64,000 nt of DNA from Phoronis australis (taxonomy: Eukaryota; Animalia; Phoronida). Shown here in pieces: positions 37,804 to 51,869 of the stretch. Below the pieces are notes generated by a model. That model had not been told where the DNA came from and did not search any database. It saw only the letters and a list, made by a program, of their open reading frames with translations. Both the position numbers and the translations under genes were made by a program. Position 1 is the first letter of the stretch, and every line of letters begins with the position of its first letter. The stretch covers positions 186,001 through 250,000 of the forward strand of contig NMRA01000237.1 of NCBI GenBank assembly GCA_002633005.1, written 5' to 3'.

Positions 37804-40800
37804 AATTATTCTCCGATGAAGCTAGCATCGATGCAGAGACTTCCAAACCTCGACCACAAGTCTCTGAGATCAACACTGTGCCTCAAGATGAAGAGGAACA
37901 TTTTGATATACCCTCTGCTCAGAACATAGTTGAACATTCTGGTATGCCGTCTGCTCAGACCACAGTGGAACGCTCTGATATACCCTCTGATGAGACCGTA
38001 GTGGAGGTGCAGCCTACTTTTGTGGATGGTGCTGAACAGACAACCGTGGATGCGAATATGGAATTCGTGGACAGGCCAACGCTAGAAACAATAGCTTCAG
38101 CGGAGAAAGCAGAAACAATCCCTGAAGTAGCTTTGGATGTCAAACTTGTTCCTTCAGAATCAGAAACAGTGCCTTCTGTTGTTGAAGTTGTTGGAAGTGG
38201 TGTCAGCTCACAAAAGCCTGATGAGCTGCTATCTGAACTGAGCACTGCTGAGCTTGCTGTGACAGCTGAGGATGCAACACCTGTTGATGTTGAGTTTGAC
38301 TTCCCTGTTGCTGAGGAAGACTCTGTCGTCCCCTATCTTGTAACAGATACTCCTGTGTTCACTGGAGAAAGTGAAGACAAGCCAACAGAAAAGTCATCTG
38401 AAACAGTCTCCATTGAAGTTCCTGTTGCTAAAGACACAGAGTTGAGTGATGTTCAGGTGGAACTCAAGCCAGATTTTGAAACAGAGATTGCTCATGCTTT
38501 CATCGAGTCCTCTGACAAACCACGTGTGGTTGATCTACAGACATCCCCAGAGAAATATACGGCTGGCATTGATGTTATCTGCGCGGGGGAGGCAAATGCT
38601 GATGATGTTCACCTTGACATAGTTGACACTAAACAGCCTGAAAAGGTGGTAGTGGAGTTTGATCTTGGAGGTGGTCCAGTGGAATCAGTGATGGAGACTG
38701 AACAGGAAGGCGTTACAGCTCCGACATCAGCTGAAATTTCATCAGTTGTTCAAATGGAACCTAGTGAACTTGTTTCTACTGCTCCACTGGTTACTGAAGG
38801 CACAAAAAAGGTCGTAGTGGCGTTTTATGAGCATAAACCCACAGATAAGACATCGGCTGAATTTCTTGAAGAGCATACTCCAGAATCTGTACAAGACTTA
38901 GTAATTAAATCTACTCCGGAGGATGAAGTGTTAGAGTCACAAACTGAAAAACCTGCTGAAGAGGCATCAGTTCAACTCGATGTGAGTTCATCAGAGGATT
39001 TGAAGACAACTGAACTGATGTTGTCTCGTGAAGCTTTAACTCCTGAGTCAACCCCTGAAGTTTCTCTTATTCTGGAAATTCTAGATCAGTCATCTGAAGC
39101 CATCCTCTACAGCACGGAACCTGAAGTTGAAGTTCAATCTTCTGATGTGCAGCCTGTTGAATCTAATGTTGCAATTGCCCAGACAGACAAAGACACAGCA
39201 CCCGAGTCAACTTTTGAAGTGCCAACAGCAACATGTGAAACTGTCAGCATGAACATTGAAGTTGACTCACATCAAGTAAAACCCATTGAAATGATTGTGC
39301 AGGTACCAAAGCAAGCAACAGATGGTTCGCAAAAGTTTGTTTTGGAGTTAGACGTGGATAAACCTTCAGAAGAATTACCATCAGAAGAGCTGGATTCCGA
39401 AATGATGCAACAAGTTCCAGAGGAATTCATTCCTGAACAATCTGTTCATTATCCAACAACAGATGATCATTCGCCGCAATCTTCTGGGGTGGTGGAAGTC
39501 AAATTTGATGTAGGACCATCTGTAACACATAGAGAGTCTGAAGTTCATGTATATCCATCTGTTGAAAGTGTAACAGAATCAGTTTCTGATGTACCCAGTG
39601 TAAATGGGGTGACGGATATTTCAACTGAAGCTCAACCCGTTGTTACAGCAAGCCAGAGTGACGTTGCCTTGCAGCCAGTGGCACAGCAGATGTCAGTAGC
39701 CCTAGAACATGTCCCTGAATCCACTTTTGAGGTGCCCAGTGAGATATCACCAGGGACGGCAAGCACTGAAATCAAATTTGGATCCCAACATATAAAGCCA
39801 ACGGAAATTATAGTTCCGGTTTCCCAAGAATCAACTAAAGATGTCCCATCAAAGGTAGTGGAGGAAGAGGTCACTTATGAATTGTCTGAGGAATCGATGC
39901 CTGAAATATCCATCGGATATGATACACCAGTGGAGGTGGCTGAACTTAAGTTTAGTGTAGGTTCATCGTCTGAATTAGAATCAATACAGATGGCGGTTTC
40001 TCCAGGGACAACTCCAGAAAGTTTTGAACAAATTGAGTCTGAAGTTCCTGGCTCTCTTGAAGTCACTGACATGCTGTCTGAAGCCAACATTGATGTTGTA
40101 AAAACCAATGATCGTGCAGAACCTGTCGAGTCAGAGCCTGTCACAATGCAGGTATCTGTTGTAGAAGTAGAGAAAGATGTGTTGCCAGAAGATACAGTTG
40201 AGGAACAAACTGAAATATCTCCAGACGTAACGAGTGTACAAATTGACGTTGGTTCAGAGGAGAGAAAACCAACAGAAATAATAGTACCAATCCCACAGGA
40301 GTCAAGTGAAGAGTCGCAACGAGTTACTTTGAAGTTCACTGTTGACAAACCTGCAGAAGATCACTTGTCAGAAGAATTAGATGTGGACAAGACACGTGAA
40401 ATTTCTCCAGAGACAACAAGTGTAGGGATTGAAGTTGGATCAGAGGACAGAAAACCAACAGAAATAATAGTACCAATCCCACAGCAATCTACTGAAGAGT
40501 CCCAACAAATTACCTTGAAGTTTGCTGTTGACAAACCTGCAGATCAACTATCAGAAGAATTAGATTTGGATAAGACATGTGAAATTTCTCCAGAGGCAAC
40601 AAATGTACAGATTGAAGTTGGTTCAGAGGATAGAAAACCAACTGAAATAGTAGTACCAATCCCACAACAATCAGCTGAAGAATCACAACAAGTTACTTTG
40701 AAGTTTGCTGTTGACAAACCAGCAGAAGATCAACTCTTGGAAGAATTGGATGTACACAAGGCACGTGAAATTTCTCCAGAAACAACAAGTGTAGGGATTG

Positions 40801-43800
40801 AAGTTGGTTCAGAGGATAGAAAACCAACAGAAATAATAGTACCAGTCCCACAGCAATTGACTGAANCGAGTGTACAAATTGAAGTTGGTTCAGAGGAGAG
40901 AAAACCAACAGAAATAATAGTACCAATCCCACAGGAGTCAAGTGAAGAGTCGCAACGAGTTACTTTGAAGTTTGCTGTTGACAAACCTGCAGAAGATCAA
41001 CTCTTGGAGGAATTGGATGTAGACAAGACGCGTGAAATTTCTCCAGAGACAACAAATGTAGGGATTGAAGTTGGATCAGAGGACAGAAAACCAATAGAAA
41101 TAATAGTACCAATCCCACAGCAATCGACTGAAGAGTCGCAACAAATTACTTTGAAGTTTGCTGTTGACAAACCTGCAGAAGATCAACTCTTGGAAGAATT
41201 GGATGTAGATAAGACACGTGAAATTTCTCCAGAGACAACAAGTGTAGGGATTGAAGTTGGATCAGAGGACAGAAAACCAACAGAAGTAATAGTACCAATC
41301 CCACAGCAATCTACTGAAGAGTCCCAACAAATTACCTTGAAGTTTGCTGTTGACAAACCTGCAGATCAACTATCAAAAGAATTAGATTTGGACAAGACAC
41401 GTGAAATTTCTCCAGAGGCAACAAATGTACAGATTGAAGTTGGTTCAGAGGATAGAAAACCAACTGAAATAGTAGTACCAATCCCACAACAATCAGCTGA
41501 AGAATCACAACAAGTTACTTTGAAGTTTGCTGTTGACAAACCAGCAGAAGATCAACTCTTGGAAGAATTGGATGTACACAAGGCACGTGAAATTTCTCCA
41601 GAAACAACAAGTGTAGGGATTGAAGTTGGTTCAGAGGATAGAAAACCAACAGAAATAATAGTACCAGTCCCACAGCAATTGACTGAAGAGTCGCAACAAA
41701 TAACTTTGAAGTTCCCTGTTGACAAGCCTGCAGATCAACTGTCAGAAGAATTAGATGTGGACAAGACACATGAAACTCCAGAAGAATTGGTACCTGAAAT
41801 TTCTCTAGACTATGAAACACCAAAAATAATGCATGAAAAGCTTGCTGAGAGTGCAGAACATATGTTCGACATTGGTCCGTCACCTGAACTGAAACCATTT
41901 GAGCTGAAACCAACCGAAATCCATGTGACACCGTCTGAAATTGCTACTGTTGATAAATTGACTGGTGTATCTCAGGAAGCAGCAGTGCTACCCATGGAGA
42001 CTGTGGTAACTGAAGCTGATGTTGGTTTGTATGACTTAAAGGCTGTAGATGAGACTTTACTAACTCAACAGATCAAAGACACGCACAAGATTGTTGTGGA
42101 AGTGGGTGTCAGAAGCCATGGAGAAGAAATTTCACCAGAAGAACTGCAGATGATGGTTACACCAGAGATGCCTGTTGAAACTGTGTCTCTTGAAATTCAA
42201 AAACCAACACCAGAGGCTGCTGAAGGAATAGTTGAAGATTCGCTCACTCCGGCTCCCCATACCACTGAGTCTTCAGAAGTTTCTTCTGAATCTTCTGTGC
42301 AACTGTCTGTAACAGAAGAGACACAAGACTTTGAGATGAAACCGCTGTTTGCTCCTGAAGTTATGGAAGACAGCAGCCAAAGGATTTCTGAAGATGTTGA
42401 CCATGCTGAACATCTCGTCCATTCTGTTAAGGTGGAAAAAGAAATTGAATCTCAACAAGAGTTAGTTACGGTACCAAGTGTGAGCGAAACCACCTCTGTT
42501 CAACACGACGTTTTTGAAGGTTCTGAGGAAGTGAAACCTGTTGATTTTCATGTTGCTGCTAGTCCAGATTCTCTCGACGTCACCACTACTGCACCTGTGG
42601 TTACAGAAAGGAAACCTCTTGAAGCTGCGTCTGATGTAAAAATTCCAATCCAGGAAGTTTTAAAATCAGTTGGAACACATGAAGTTGAACAAGATGTAGC
42701 GTCAACTGTCATGTCTGAAACTTTCGTTTGTCAGGAGAACACAGACATAATTGAACCTGATACTGGTATGGAGACTGAAGGATATCAGACCTCTTCAGTG
42801 CAATTTGCAGTAACTCCAGACTCCTCAGACGTCAATTTAGATAAGAAGGTCTCCGAAACTTTCTATGTTAAGGGAGAAGAGGTGGAGTCTACACCTGCAG
42901 ATTTGTTGACTGAAGTGCAAAGCAGTTTTACTGAAGAAGCTAGACAAGAAGAAACAGACTACCAGTTGGTGGTATCACCCGAAACTTTTCCGTCTCAAAC
43001 AACTCTTCTCAGAGAAGTGGATGCTAGTGCTGATGATGAAAAGAAAGAAGCTTTAGAAATTGAAGTACCCATTGACCAAGCAGCTGAAGATGTTTTGCGC
43101 AAAGACTCTTATGGTACTGAATCTATTCCACATGACTTGAAAGAAACGTCACCTACCACAGAGCATGTAATCCCCATAGATGTAGGGGAGAAAACTGACC
43201 TACAAACTTCTATCACAGATTCTGCTCAGCTTAGACCAGAGTATGGGTTCCAAGAAACGCATATTGGCGTTACTGTTCCCTCTGTCTCGGGATCAGTTTC
43301 TGATGAGGTGTCAGCTGATCTTAGAATTCCTGCAGAACAAGAATCACCTGACAAAGGTATTGAAGAATTTGAAGAACTTGTTGTTCATAGTTCAATGCCA
43401 CTCAAACAACCCACAATTCAGTTTGAGGCTCCCGTTGAAAGTACAGATGATGTTGAACCATACACATTGGACACTTCAGAAGCCGTTGAAGTCCCTGCTC
43501 TCTCAGAAGAAGTCACCGCACTGGACCTTGTAGCTCAAGATGTTAAAGACATAAGCATCGACGAGAATGTCACTTTCCAGTCGCCCTCAATTCCTCAACT
43601 TCACGACGTTTCTGTTGATGCTGGCTTTCCCACTCAAAGGCCATCTGAGGGTGATAGCACTACGGTTGCTCACACATTGGAAGAAGTGGCCCCATCCACT
43701 GAGGAATTTTTTGATGCTGAAACAATCGAAAGTGATTCACCAAGGGAAGCTGATTACCTTGATGCTTCAGAAGAACCTGATGTTACACAACATGTTAAAG

Positions 43801-44263
43801 ACATTGCATTTGAAGAGCAAGTTGTCTCAACCACTGAATCCCATCTTGCTGATGACTTTGATGTTACCAGCCAACTGGATGTGGTACCATCTCAGACACA
43901 GATTGTTTCAGTTGTTAAGGAATCTCCATCCCAACGGCAACCTATAACAGTATCTTCTGAAGATGTTGAAGTCATGCCTCTTCTTGAGACTCATCAAGTA
44001 CCCACTTTTGCTGACATCCAAGATGTTGAGGAAACAAGACTGCAGAGAGACATAACAGTGACTCCTGCGTCTGAAGATTCTGATTCTGTCAAACCACTAG
44101 ATACTGTGCCATTTAGAGAAGAATCACCCATCAAACTTGACTCTATCTCTGAGGATACGCCTCCAGAGTTTTTGACTCCTTTGGCTGAGCAGGAAGTGGA
44201 AGAGCGCAGCATAGCAAATCTCGATGTCAAGGTTTCCGGCCACCCTCTACCAGAAATAACTTG
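37804..44263 (+). CDS. Giant exon C (6,460 nt): E/V/S/T/P-rich spacer with 60/61-aa repeats, ending in the N-half of Ig domain 8
   Basis: ORF 37779-44267. ttttgtcag|AA; ends PPEFLTPL...VSGHPLPEIT TG|gtgaga (phase 2). Contains one N at 40866. Confidence 0.88.
40205..41790 (+). repeat. Coding tandem repeat, 180/183 nt (60/61 aa), about 8-9 copies; degenerate copies near 39200 and 39720
   Basis: Unit EISPETTSVGIEVGSEDRKPTEIIVPIPQQSTEESQQITLKFAVDKPA(E)DQLSEELDVDKTR. Confidence 0.93.
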
Positions 44264-44567
44264 GTGAGACATATAACATAACTGTTCCATTAATATGTCA
44301 AAAAGCTGCAGCTTCCTCTTACAAATCTGTATAGACGTTGTTAAAGAGCATTGATTATTCTTAAAAGTTAAAGTTTTGAATTGAAAATTTCTTTTATGCC
44401 CTTAAGTTGATACAACTACTTCAGTTTAGCATGATCCATGAAACCCGTGTGAGACATGGAGTGAATTTTTTTCTATGAAGTCGCGATATTACTTACCAGT
44501 TTACCATTCAAATCTCATCAGACCATTCTTTCCCCCACTGCATGCATTGCACCTCTATCTCCACTAG

Positions 44568-44749
44568 GTACAAGGATGGTGAGCTCATCACCGTCAGCGA
44601 CCACTACATGGTGTTGACAGAGAATGACGGCACCTGCTCACTCGTTATCACCTCTGTCACGTTCGACGATGACGCAGAGTACACGTGTGTAGCACACAAT
44701 GACTCGGGCACTGTGTCCTGCACAGCAGACCTGTTTGTTAACCCGTATG
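44568..44749 (+). CDS. Ig domain 8, C-half
   Basis: ccactag|G completes W; YKDGEL...DDDAEYTCVAHNDSG; TATG|gtatgt. Confidence 0.92.
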
Positions 44750-45166
44750 GTATGTCTTCTGCATGTCCTGCATGTTGTGTGCTCTGTGTTCTTACCTTAA
44801 CATTTGAATCAGGTATGAGATGTAAATCAAGCTCAAGGTTCTGTTTTAGTCATAGTCGTCCATCCAGTCTTAGCTAAGTTGATTGTAGCTTAGCTTCATA
44901 AATGTAGGACTGGTTATTGGCTATGTCCAAGATCACAGACCAGATGATTGTATTTTCAATAAAAATAGCTCGCGGAAATGCTATTGATTATGCGCAGTAT
45001 AATTGTCGTGTTTAGATTTATGCTAGATGGATCAACACCAGTATCAGCTGTGAGTTTTTGTTTTGAACTTTCATTGGACCTAGTCACTCGGTTTCAGAAG
45101 ATATTTTCTTAGTCTGTGTTTGTCTTGTGAGTTGTCATAAGTGCAAGTGTCTTGTATATTATACAG

Positions 45167-45314
45167 GCAAGCCTCCATCCTTCTCCAAAGAGTTAACTGA
45201 CCAACGTGTCACTGTGGGAGACATTGTCACTCTACAGTGTGAAATCAAAGGCAAACCTACACCCTCGATCACATGGCTAAGGGATGGGCAGCCTCTCACT
45301 GGAAAACGCTTTGT
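45167..45314 (+). CDS. Ig domain 9, N-half
   Basis: atacag|GC; KPPSFSKEL...CEIKGKPTPSITWLRDG; GT|gtatgt (phase 2). Confidence 0.9.
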
Positions 45315-45429
45315 GTATGTTTCTTCTAAGTTTTTCATTTTCCTCGTAGCTGTAGCGTATTTTATAGATGATGTAAGCATTCAAGATGAAACTCAGAAAC
45401 ACTGTATAGTTTTCATTTTGTTTTCGTTG

Positions 45430-45650
45430 TGTGAAACTTTGATTTTTTTTTCATAAAAAGCATATTAAAAGTCCTGTTTTTGATAGCCCTCGTGCAAAAG
45501 TAGAACATTTTATAAACAATTCCTAACAGTATTTGTGAGAACAGTGCACAAGGGACAGTATGTGAAAGTGAATCCAACCAGTTATTTCTGAGAAACAATG
45601 TTCCAAATTTAGCCAAATTTTGATATTTTTGTAGAGTCCTACATAACCTT
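45430..45650 (-). mobile_element. Truncated reverse copy of the 16966 MITE family
   Basis: Ends gtcctacataaccttaa. Internal aactttgattttttttcata...gtcctgttttt matches the reverse complement of 17130-17172. Confidence 0.7.
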
Positions 45651-45995
45651 AAGACTGAGTTACTAGCTGTGGTGATTAAATTAAGCTTTTGAGAGAATTT
45701 CCAATTAGGTGCTGAGAGTTATGTACATATCAAGCAGTTGGCCCTGAGTTCAACCCATCACAAACAGCATATAGTTCAATGACCTACAGTGTCATAAGCT
45801 GTTGTGGGCATAACAGAAAAGAAATATGATGCTCTCTGTCCAAGCAAATGCACAAAATAAATTGGTTTGCTGTGCTGGATACAGAAATAACGAACTACGC
45901 TGGCTTTTCTCCAATCCTGCCCTGTCTGAACATTTTTTGTAATTGAACGAGCGAATCAATTTCCAGCACTTCACACAGTTGATTTGCATTTTTAG

Positions 45996-46411
45996 ATCCA
46001 CCCTCTCAAAGGATGTGGCCACGCTGACCATCAGAAAGTGTTCTTCAGACGATGAAGGTAACTACACAGTCAAGCTGAGCAACGAGCTTGGTGAAGCCGA
46101 ATGCACTGCGGAGCTTCTCGTCGATCTCATCGCCCCATACTTCCCCATCCCAATGGACAATGTTAAGACTGTGACCAAGTCCTCTGCAATCTTTTCCTGC
46201 TTCCCGGCTGGAAACCCTGTCCCGGAGGTTTCCTGGTTAGTCTCGGGCATGCCAGTCGAGGAGAGTGCCAAGTATCACATGACCTACGATGGAGAGACCG
46301 CCACTCTAGAAGTGTCCGATGTCAGTCTTGATGATGCGGAGATGACATATTGTTGCCTAGCTAGTAACTTGGAGGGAGAAGCCAAGACAACAGCATCCCT
46401 GACAGTACAAG
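45996..46411 (+). CDS. Ig domain 9 C-half plus Ig domain 10
   Basis: ttttttag|A; DDEGNYTVKLSNELG...APYFPIP...YCCLASNLEG; CAAG|gtttgt. Confidence 0.92.
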
Positions 46412-49400
46412 GTTTGTCAGCAATTTTTCATATTTCCATTTGTCTCATAGCATGCCTTTAGGATCACCTAATTCCCGAATCATACAGTACAGTGAAATGG
46501 CATCAGCACCACCAATTTTCAGATTGTCTGATAACTTTCTGTGGTTTCCTTAAGCAAGTAACTTTTTTGAATTTCTAGGCCTAGATTTTTGATGAGAAGT
46601 ATTCAGTATCACTCTCACACATCAATATTAGGCCAAGAATGCTGTCAGTGTAGGCTTTTGTGAACGTACGATACGCGCCCAGGTAACAGTAATTGTTCCG
46701 GATCACTGTTTGCATATGGGTGGTATTTACGTCGATACCTTTTTGAATTGATGAGGGGGCTGATGTTTAACAGACAATGCCAGTTGTTGATCAACCTGTA
46801 CATTTCTAGATTCATTATATACTAAGTGGAAGTCAATTAATGATTGTGTTGCACATCCGTGTGGATTTACAACTCTCTTCTAAAATTTCCAACGCTGAAC
46901 TATAGCCAAGCTACACCTCATGTTGTGCACCTTAAACGTGACAACTGCTTGCTTTCATACACTGTGTTCCTTTTCATAACTCACCTGTCAGTAATCTCTC
47001 ACCTGCTAACAAATAAACAAACAAACAATGAAATTAAAGCAGGCGTCACCCACTTTAATACTTTTTGGGTCTGTGCACCTAATGCTTACAAAGACTTCAG
47101 CTTCTAGCCACAGTACGGAGAACCGTGAGCAAAATTCAATAACGAGGTGTTTTAAGCCAGCTGTTAAAGACCCAAGTGTCAACATTACAGTGATAGTAAT
47201 TGGACAAGATACAGGAAGTGCATATCCGGATATGTTGGATTTGACACTAATGCTAACTAACAGTTGTTCCCTCAGAGTCTGGAAGATGAACAAGTACTGA
47301 CCTTTCTGAATGCCTGTCCCCGTGAATGTGACTCATTGCATGTGCATGATGCTATCACTTGTGGGTGGAGCTTATTGGATTGACTGACAGCATCGCCACG
47401 GTGATAACCGGGCCACTCTGTTTTCATTTCAGTAATGCCTGTTGAGATGGCCCAAATGCAACCAGACCCGTCAATGTACGTGTTGGTCATGTGCGTTCTT
47501 ATTCTTCATGTGCTCAATTCATTGATTTCATAAAGGCATTTGACATCCTCGACCATCTGGAGTAAAAACGTCTGAGAAAACTGCTTCTCACCAAGAACTG
47601 TGGACTTGCACGATTACTTTGTTAAAATTGGTGTGCACAACTGATTTCTGTCACACTGTGATTGTAATCGGAGGATTGTGAATTTGACAACCATTTTTGT
47701 GGTATGCAAACTTTGTGAATGTTATTGTGCTTTTGTTTTTTCTCATTCCTATCCTGTGTTATATATACTAACAGAGTTTGTGCTGAAATTAAATTTAGAT
47801 CATGTTCACTCACCAGTTCTTAGTTTTAACTGTTTTATATATATTTGTTCAATTTTTGAATAGATGGAATTGACTATTGCAGCCTTAAAAATGTGTTATA
47901 TCTGTACTAATACTCACTGCTGAATTTTGTGCATTTGATATTAAAAGAGTTTGCTCCGCATGGTATTCGATTTGCATTGCCATTGCGGCAAGATACTTAT
48001 AAGATGTTTCATGAAAACAGAATGTCATACTGGTTGGATTTCTTATATCCTGCATTGACCTTTATGGCATTCGTTCAAATCCATCCTTATGAATGTCAAT
48101 ACTAATACGGTATCGAGATTAAGAACATATAACATTTGTTTTCAGTGCTCTGAGTTAAAAAGTTGTTCTTTGTAGTTCCCAAGTCCTTTTAATGTAAACA
48201 ATGTTCATTTCATTTAGCACACTTGTGCAATGTCATATTTATTGAATTGTAATGTTATGAAATCAAAGTATTTATTTATTTTTAGAAGACATTTAGTGTA
48301 AACTTTTCTTTGCATTATGAAATTATAGATTGATGTGACCTAGGTGAGATATTAGTGTGCTTAAAACATCTTTCAATATTCCTGACTGTGTACATTAACA
48401 TGGTCTAAGGATTTATGTTAAAGTTAAAGTTGTTATAGTATTAATTTTCCATGCCAAAGTACTATTACTAACTTGCACCATGTGGTATGTTATTTCAGTA
48501 TTCTTGTTAATTCTATTGTCTGTCAGGAATGGTTATGAGTGGGATGCTATTTTTTCTCCTTTAGTCAGATGCTATTTGCTACAATTTCCTGTACATTCTC
48601 ATTTGCTACAAAATGGACTTGGAAGCTGTATAAAGCAGTCATTTTTTTCCGTTTGCATCCTCCTCACGGTCATTTTAATAGAAATGTTAACTTAATTGAT
48701 AACATCATTCTGAGAATGTGTGGAAATGTGTTATGAATAAAGCATGATGTTTTGCATATGTTACCACTTGTGCATTTGATTGTAGTAGCCAGTACAGACT
48801 GTCACCTTTTCCCACCCTTATTAACAAGTGATGCATCATGCTTTCACCCTTCTATTCCGTGATGACTTTCTTGAAGTCTTTTCTACTTTTTTAATTCACC
48901 ACATTGTCAACAACTGTTACTTCTAAGCACGCTGCAATTCCAATAGATTTACAATTGAATCGCAAAGCAAAGATTTATTGACCTTTTATGGTTAGAGTTT
49001 TGTGGGATATATGCAATGGATTCTGGAATACTGATTCTCCAACAGAATAGAACTATCCAATGAAATCACAGCGAACCTTTACCTGTGTTTCCAGCCAAAA
49101 GATGGCGAAGAAAATGCATATACCACAGTTCTCTGAAAACAGCTGTTGATGATTAAAGTCTACTTACAATTAAAGAATGAAAACATCTTCATTGGCTTCA
49201 CAATAGCATACAACCAAACACACTGCAAGCACTGTCGCTGATAAACTACAAGTTCTACTCTTTGGTCATTCATTGATCCCTGTGAAATATTTACTGTATG
49301 ATAAAACATTAGTCCTAGGTCTAATTGTGTTGGTACAAACAATGCAATTCTCGTTTTTATATCGGGTTGTTTGGATAGCCCATTTAACCAATATTTCAGT

Positions 49401-49419
49401 TGTTTGTGTGTTGAGAGTA

Positions 49420-49656
49420 TGGTAAAGTTTGCTCAAATTTGAACAAAAATGGTAGCCAAAATTGTGATTTTTTCATTTTTCAGACACTGCATTGTCAAAA
49501 ATATTCAAAATTTCATTGTGTGTTTGTTGACAGCTGTACTATATCAAGTTTTCAACTGATTGAGTAAAATCGTCTTGTTCCCTCTTGTTGAAAATTTCCG
49601 TAAAATGAAATGTTACTATTCCACCATATTTTGTTCTAATTTGAAGAAACTTACCA
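49420..49656. mobile_element. MITE with TGGTAA(A)G...CTTACCA TIRs, TA-flanked
   Basis: ta|tggtaaagtttgctcaaatttgaacaaaaat ... attttgttctaatttgaagaaacttacca|ta. Second copy at 51870. Confidence 0.7.
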
Positions 49657-50391
49657 TAGTGAGAATTGTTACCTGATAATTTGTTTCCCATTTGGAGAGG
49701 TTGCTGACCATTTAACCAAGTAATGTTAATTTGTGACTGTTGAGAGTGTTATGCACTGGATAGTACATTTCTCATTTGAAAACTGTTGTCCTGTTGCCCA
49801 AATAATTTTCTAATTATTCCAACATTTTTGTTCAGAGTGCTTATACCATACATGCTACTCATTTGAAAAGGGACACAGTCCATTTGACCAATGGGAATTA
49901 TGGGAGGTTTTAATTATCAACTTCTCATTTGAAAGAGCTGCTGCTCATTTTCAAAAATTATCATTTGTGACCAATTTCCCATTTTGTTTTGAGAATAGTG
50001 GGCCTTGTTATGTGGCTACTATCTATATCTGTATTGCAAAGGCTTGCAGGCCAATCCTTTTACAAATATCTACTGTTTGGTGAGATATCAATCTGGTCTT
50101 TTGTTAAGCTCCACCAAGTCTTTCCCTAACATCAGCCAAGCTGGTCCAGGAGGCCAATTGACCTTTCGCAAGCTCCGCCCCCTTGCGAAATTTCTATAAA
50201 CAAGCAATACATTAGTTTTACCCAACAACGTTGTTTGTCGGGTAAAATGGTGGCTTGGAAACGAATGCTAGGTTGTGATTGGTCAGTTAAGCTGTGACTC
50301 AAAATCCTGGCTTCAAAGGTTTACTTTTGAGGTCATTACTAATGTAATGGTTGTACTGCTCTTCACAAAAAGAAGTGAGATCACCCTTTAA

Positions 50392-50901
50392 GGTTATGTA
50401 GAACCTTATCCACTAGGCGGTTTATTTAGTCAAATATCTACAGAAACTATAGATTTTGACTTGACAGTAAAAGTGTATATTCCCTGTAAGTAAGAAGGCT
50501 GTATAATTTGATTTTTGGCTCCTTGCCAATCTGTCATTAATTGAGTCACGTGATTATTATCTTTTTAGTAGAATGAACCAAAACAGAAAGGTGCATTGAT
50601 GGCCAAACATCAGCATCAACAACATGACCAAAATCTCATTTGATATTAATTTCAGGCTGAAAAGTCAGAAACGCTGTTACAGTTTTCTAAATTATCATTT
50701 GGTTCTTATATTATGCAACATTTGGTTTTGTCAGGAAAACTGTAAAACTTGTGTTTTCATAGTTCCTCATGCAAAAATTTTTTTGGAAAACTGCGTAAAG
50801 CATAGTATCTTAAAGTTTCGTTTGGACCTGATTATCCATTTCTTAGATATGATTTTCCAAAGTAAGCCAAATTTGGACACTTTCTAGGGTCCCATGCAAC
50901 C
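50392..50901 (-). mobile_element. Full-length reverse copy of the 16966 MITE family with TTAA on both flanks
   Basis: ttaa|ggttatgtagaacc ... ctagggtcccatgcaacc|ttaa. The right end matches the reverse complement of 16967-17005. Confidence 0.78.
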
Positions 50902-51468
50902 TTAAATCTTTCTTCGTAATTAAGTGTGAAGGTAACATCTCGTTAGTGTGTCTTGGGAACGGTGGACATTGTTACTTAACAATACATTTCTCTTTTGAAA
51001 AGGGGGTGCTGTTAAGTTGTTCCAACAAACTGTCGCTATCTCGGTAGTACCAGGTTTTTCATATTGATTAGCTCGGGCACTAGCCGAAGGCATACAACTT
51101 TTAACTATAGCACTACTCTACTGCAAACTTTCACTGTCAGTACACAAAGACTGTAGTGTATGATTACTCGTCAAATCATGACAGCACGCAATGCATAGGT
51201 TTACATAATAGTGGAATAAATTAGGTGAAGTTAAAACACGAATAAAGTATAGTGGATCAGGCAAACCCTAAACTTTATAATTGAATTTGTACCCATGTCT
51301 CAACAACTGGCATTGGCTCTTAACGGCAAGAAAATTACATGGCTGCAAGTGTAAGAATTATATGGGAGTAAATTACAGCATGCAGCCTTATAATGAGAAT
51401 ATTTGGATATATGACATGTAACTTCCTTCCGCTGCTCAATAACTACAGCCACATTATTTAATCACCAG

Positions 51469-51747
51469 TGCCTGCGAAGATTCTTGGTGGTCCGTCCATC
51501 ATTGAAATCTCTAAGGGAGAAGACATTACAATACCGTTCGATATCATTGGCCAACCCGTCCCCGAAGTGACGTGGTTCAAAGATGGTCAGGCTGTTCCGG
51601 CTGATGACCATCACATCATCGATACCACTGACTTTTCAACTGCGCTGACCATCAAAAATGCAGACAAGGAAGATGCCGGAACCTACACAGTCCATGTTGA
51701 GAATGAGGCTGGCAAAGATGATTACGAAATACCTCTGAATATTGCAG
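51469..51747 (+). CDS. Ig domain 11
   Basis: caccag|TG; VPAKILG...GQPVPEVTWFKDG...EDAGTYTVHVENEAG; GCAG|gtttgt. Confidence 0.93.
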
Positions 51748-51869
51748 GTTTGTGTTATGAATATTCAAATATAGGTACAGTAGAGTCTCCTCAATTTTTG
51801 GACAAGAATAACTTCCAAAGTTGACCGTTTTTCGATTTTAAAGGCTCCTCAATTAAATGTCTAATTGTA

